From contig MU056313.1 of the NCBI GenBank assembly GCA_013239625.1, forward strand, positions 4,898,435 through 4,962,434: 64,000 bases of DNA, in the 5' to 3' direction. The position numbers were made by a program, and so were the translations under genes. Numbering within the stretch: position 1 is the stretch's first letter; each line of letters opens with the position of its first letter. This document shows, in pieces, positions 61,819 through 64,000 of this stretch. This DNA is from Lama guanicoe. Taxonomy: Eukaryota. Below the pieces are notes generated by a model. It saw only the letters and a program-made list of their open reading frames with translations, ran no database searches and was not told the origin of the DNA.

Positions 61819-64000
61819 TAATAAGCAAAAACCTATAAAAAAGCAATTTTTATCTTCTTACTGAGTGATATGACCAGCTGAAGCTTAGACATGTGCCTAT
61901 TTGAACAAGCTTGTGGACTCACACAACAGCCAACTGGTGAAACGATTATTGTCACAAATGATTACATTCTAAAATACCTTAAAATAATTATGTCTCTGTA
62001 GAAGTAGATAAAGCCTAAATCAAGGGGAAGCTAGTATAAAAATTAGAACAAAGTAATTGATAATCCTTTTCTATAAATGCATTGGTGTTTTTCATTTAGC
62101 CTTCTCACATATCGACCCTTGTTCCAAGCTAACAGCACAATTTTACATTATGGCTCTCTAAAGATAATTCTATGAGTTTCTGATACATTTTCTAAAAACT
62201 ACCTGTCAGGTGGGCTGCCCAAAACTGACACACACACAAAAAAAAAAACCTTGGAGAAGAATTGAAAGAGAGCTGTAGTCTCCCACACTAAGAATTTTGG
62301 AATAAAATCCTATTGAGATATAATTCTAGGAAAGAATCAGTTCGGAGTCACTGAGTAGAAAAGTCAATTCTGCCTAATTCATTTAAACAGAAACAAGGGA
62401 AAAGTGCTAAAAATGGTTTTATTTAACAGTTGTGATAGCCCTATGGGCCTAACACAAGTGACAGAATGGGTAAAACCATTAGGTACCAAAGATACATTTC
62501 TTTACCGTTTTCATCATTTAAGACACACATTAGGCACCAAATAAAACATGGCTTATTCTTGGGTAAAGAATGCATAATTCTGCTCCCTTTTCTTAGGGTT
62601 CTTCTCCCCCTCTGACAAAGGAAAATGCGTGCTTTCAAGTCACCTTCCAGTAGCTAAGGACCTGTCCCAGTTCAGGGCTGCAAACTGTCTCTTTTCATAT
62701 TCATTAAAACAGTTCTTTCTTGTGTCTCATTTCCTCTCTGCTCTCTGTTATGAATGAAAGCAAACAGGTAAACTAAATCTATTACTTTAGCAAAGACACA
62801 AACTAATGGATTAATACCTATAACTGGGTTCTGAATCATTGAGTTGAGAGAGATTTTATTTTAATAAGGGACTATTCAAGACCAAAACTTTAATCTAGAG
62901 GTGTAAATAATTAATGGTCCTACGATGAGTCATTAAGAGACATATTTTGGGCAGGTGGGTGTTTCTGAAGTCCCTTAAAAATATTTTATACTTGATCTGT
63001 ATATTATGCTCTTTCTGGTTATCACATCTAGAAAGAGATCAAATTTGGTGATAAAATGCACTAATTTAAAGGAGAACCTGAGACAAAATTAATGGTCTGA
63101 GGTTATAATATGTAACTTTCACCTCATGATATTCACAAAAGAAGTCGAACTTGTTAACACATCAGCCATCTTAAAAGCATACAATATTGGCAATAAAAGC
63201 ACAAAACTATAATAACTTTAAAAAGAAACCATCTTTTGAAACACTGCTAGCCGGAGTGCTCTGCAGATGAAAAGCAAGTAGACTTTCTCTTTATTACAAC
63301 CACATACTCACCCTCATTTTTCTTTTGGATGGGCAGAAATGAGTTGTCCTTTTTTTAAAAAGCAGTTTTTTCAAACAATGTATTTTCTTGTGATAAGAGA
63401 TCTGTTTTAATGTCTTTACAACAGAGGACCTTCAAAATGGTCTGTTATGGTGGAAAAGCGTTAGGATTACAAATCACAGTGGTTTTAAAAGGACCCAAAA
63501 TTCTGTAAAATTGCTCCACCCTCTGCCAAGTGCTTTCAGGGAGATGCATGCTTTTCTGGAAGATTTATGTCAGGGTTATTTGTTAGTTAGCAATGCTTTG
63601 TGAATAGAAAAAACCCTAAAAGAATCCCTCTTAGAAGTCCCCAAAACGTAGCTCTCACCATTGTCTTCTAATCATTGGAGGGAAAGTCAAATTAATGTAT
63701 CGTCTGTCCAGGAATCTCCTCTATAAAAATATTAGTTTAAAACGTAATCCACTGTGAAGCCAACTTTGCTATATTTTCTTGCGATATTCTTCCCCCAAAA
63801 TAAATGCTTTCCTCAGCCTCTTGATCTTACAGCATTAGAGCAGACATCCTCTAGCATAGAATTTAAGACATGGATTCAACCTACACTTTTTGTTTTGCAA
63901 AGTTATTTTAAAAAATATTTTAGAATTATTCTATAATGTTCTAGATTTAAATTACAGTGTCATAATTTACGCACGGTGTATGCAGTGACACCTGGCTCTT

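Noticed and set aside
1-64000. Inferring host-gene strand from L1/LTR orientation bias
   Set aside because: Longer young L1s are mostly plus while most LTRs and old L1s are minus; the signal is contradictory
1-64000. CRISPR array, operon or prokaryotic defence system
   Set aside because: Sequence is mammalian; no repeat-spacer array or gene-dense ORF cluster

Overview
Eukaryotic, AT-rich, CpG-depleted placental-mammal DNA with five N-gaps (8263-8395, 11945-12117, 27273-27412, 27489-27660, 34998-35145). It is most likely camelid (alpaca/llama/camel). This rests on a tRNA-derived SINE resembling the camelid Vic-1 type at 29638-29780 and cetartiodactyl-type L1 3' ends; I saw no Alu, B1/B2, BovB/Bov-tA or PRE1 copies. 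I recognise no protein-coding exon, RNA gene, CRISPR array or operon-like system. The listed ORFs look like chance ORFs, antisense L1 read-throughs, or microsatellite/N-gap artefacts. The window reads as intergenic or deep-intronic sequence with layered transposon fossils: ancient MIR, L2, L3/CR1, HAL1/L1M, MER5/MER20/MER58, MLT1/MLT2/ERVL LTRs, and younger L1s, a SINE and an ERV1 solo LTR with readable target-site duplications (TSDs). Several kb-scale repeat-poor stretches carry TF motif clusters. The best-supported curiosities are an L1 ORF2 fragment apparently retrotransposed from a prematurely polyadenylated transcript, a probable twin-primed (5'-inverted) L1, and an ERV1 solo LTR carrying CCAAT boxes and a CTCF-like motif next to a consensus IRF element. 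A two-exon ~100-aa ORF on the minus strand is speculative. I found no convincing novel biological system. Repeat family names come from recalled consensus sequences, and boundaries of ancient repeats are approximate.
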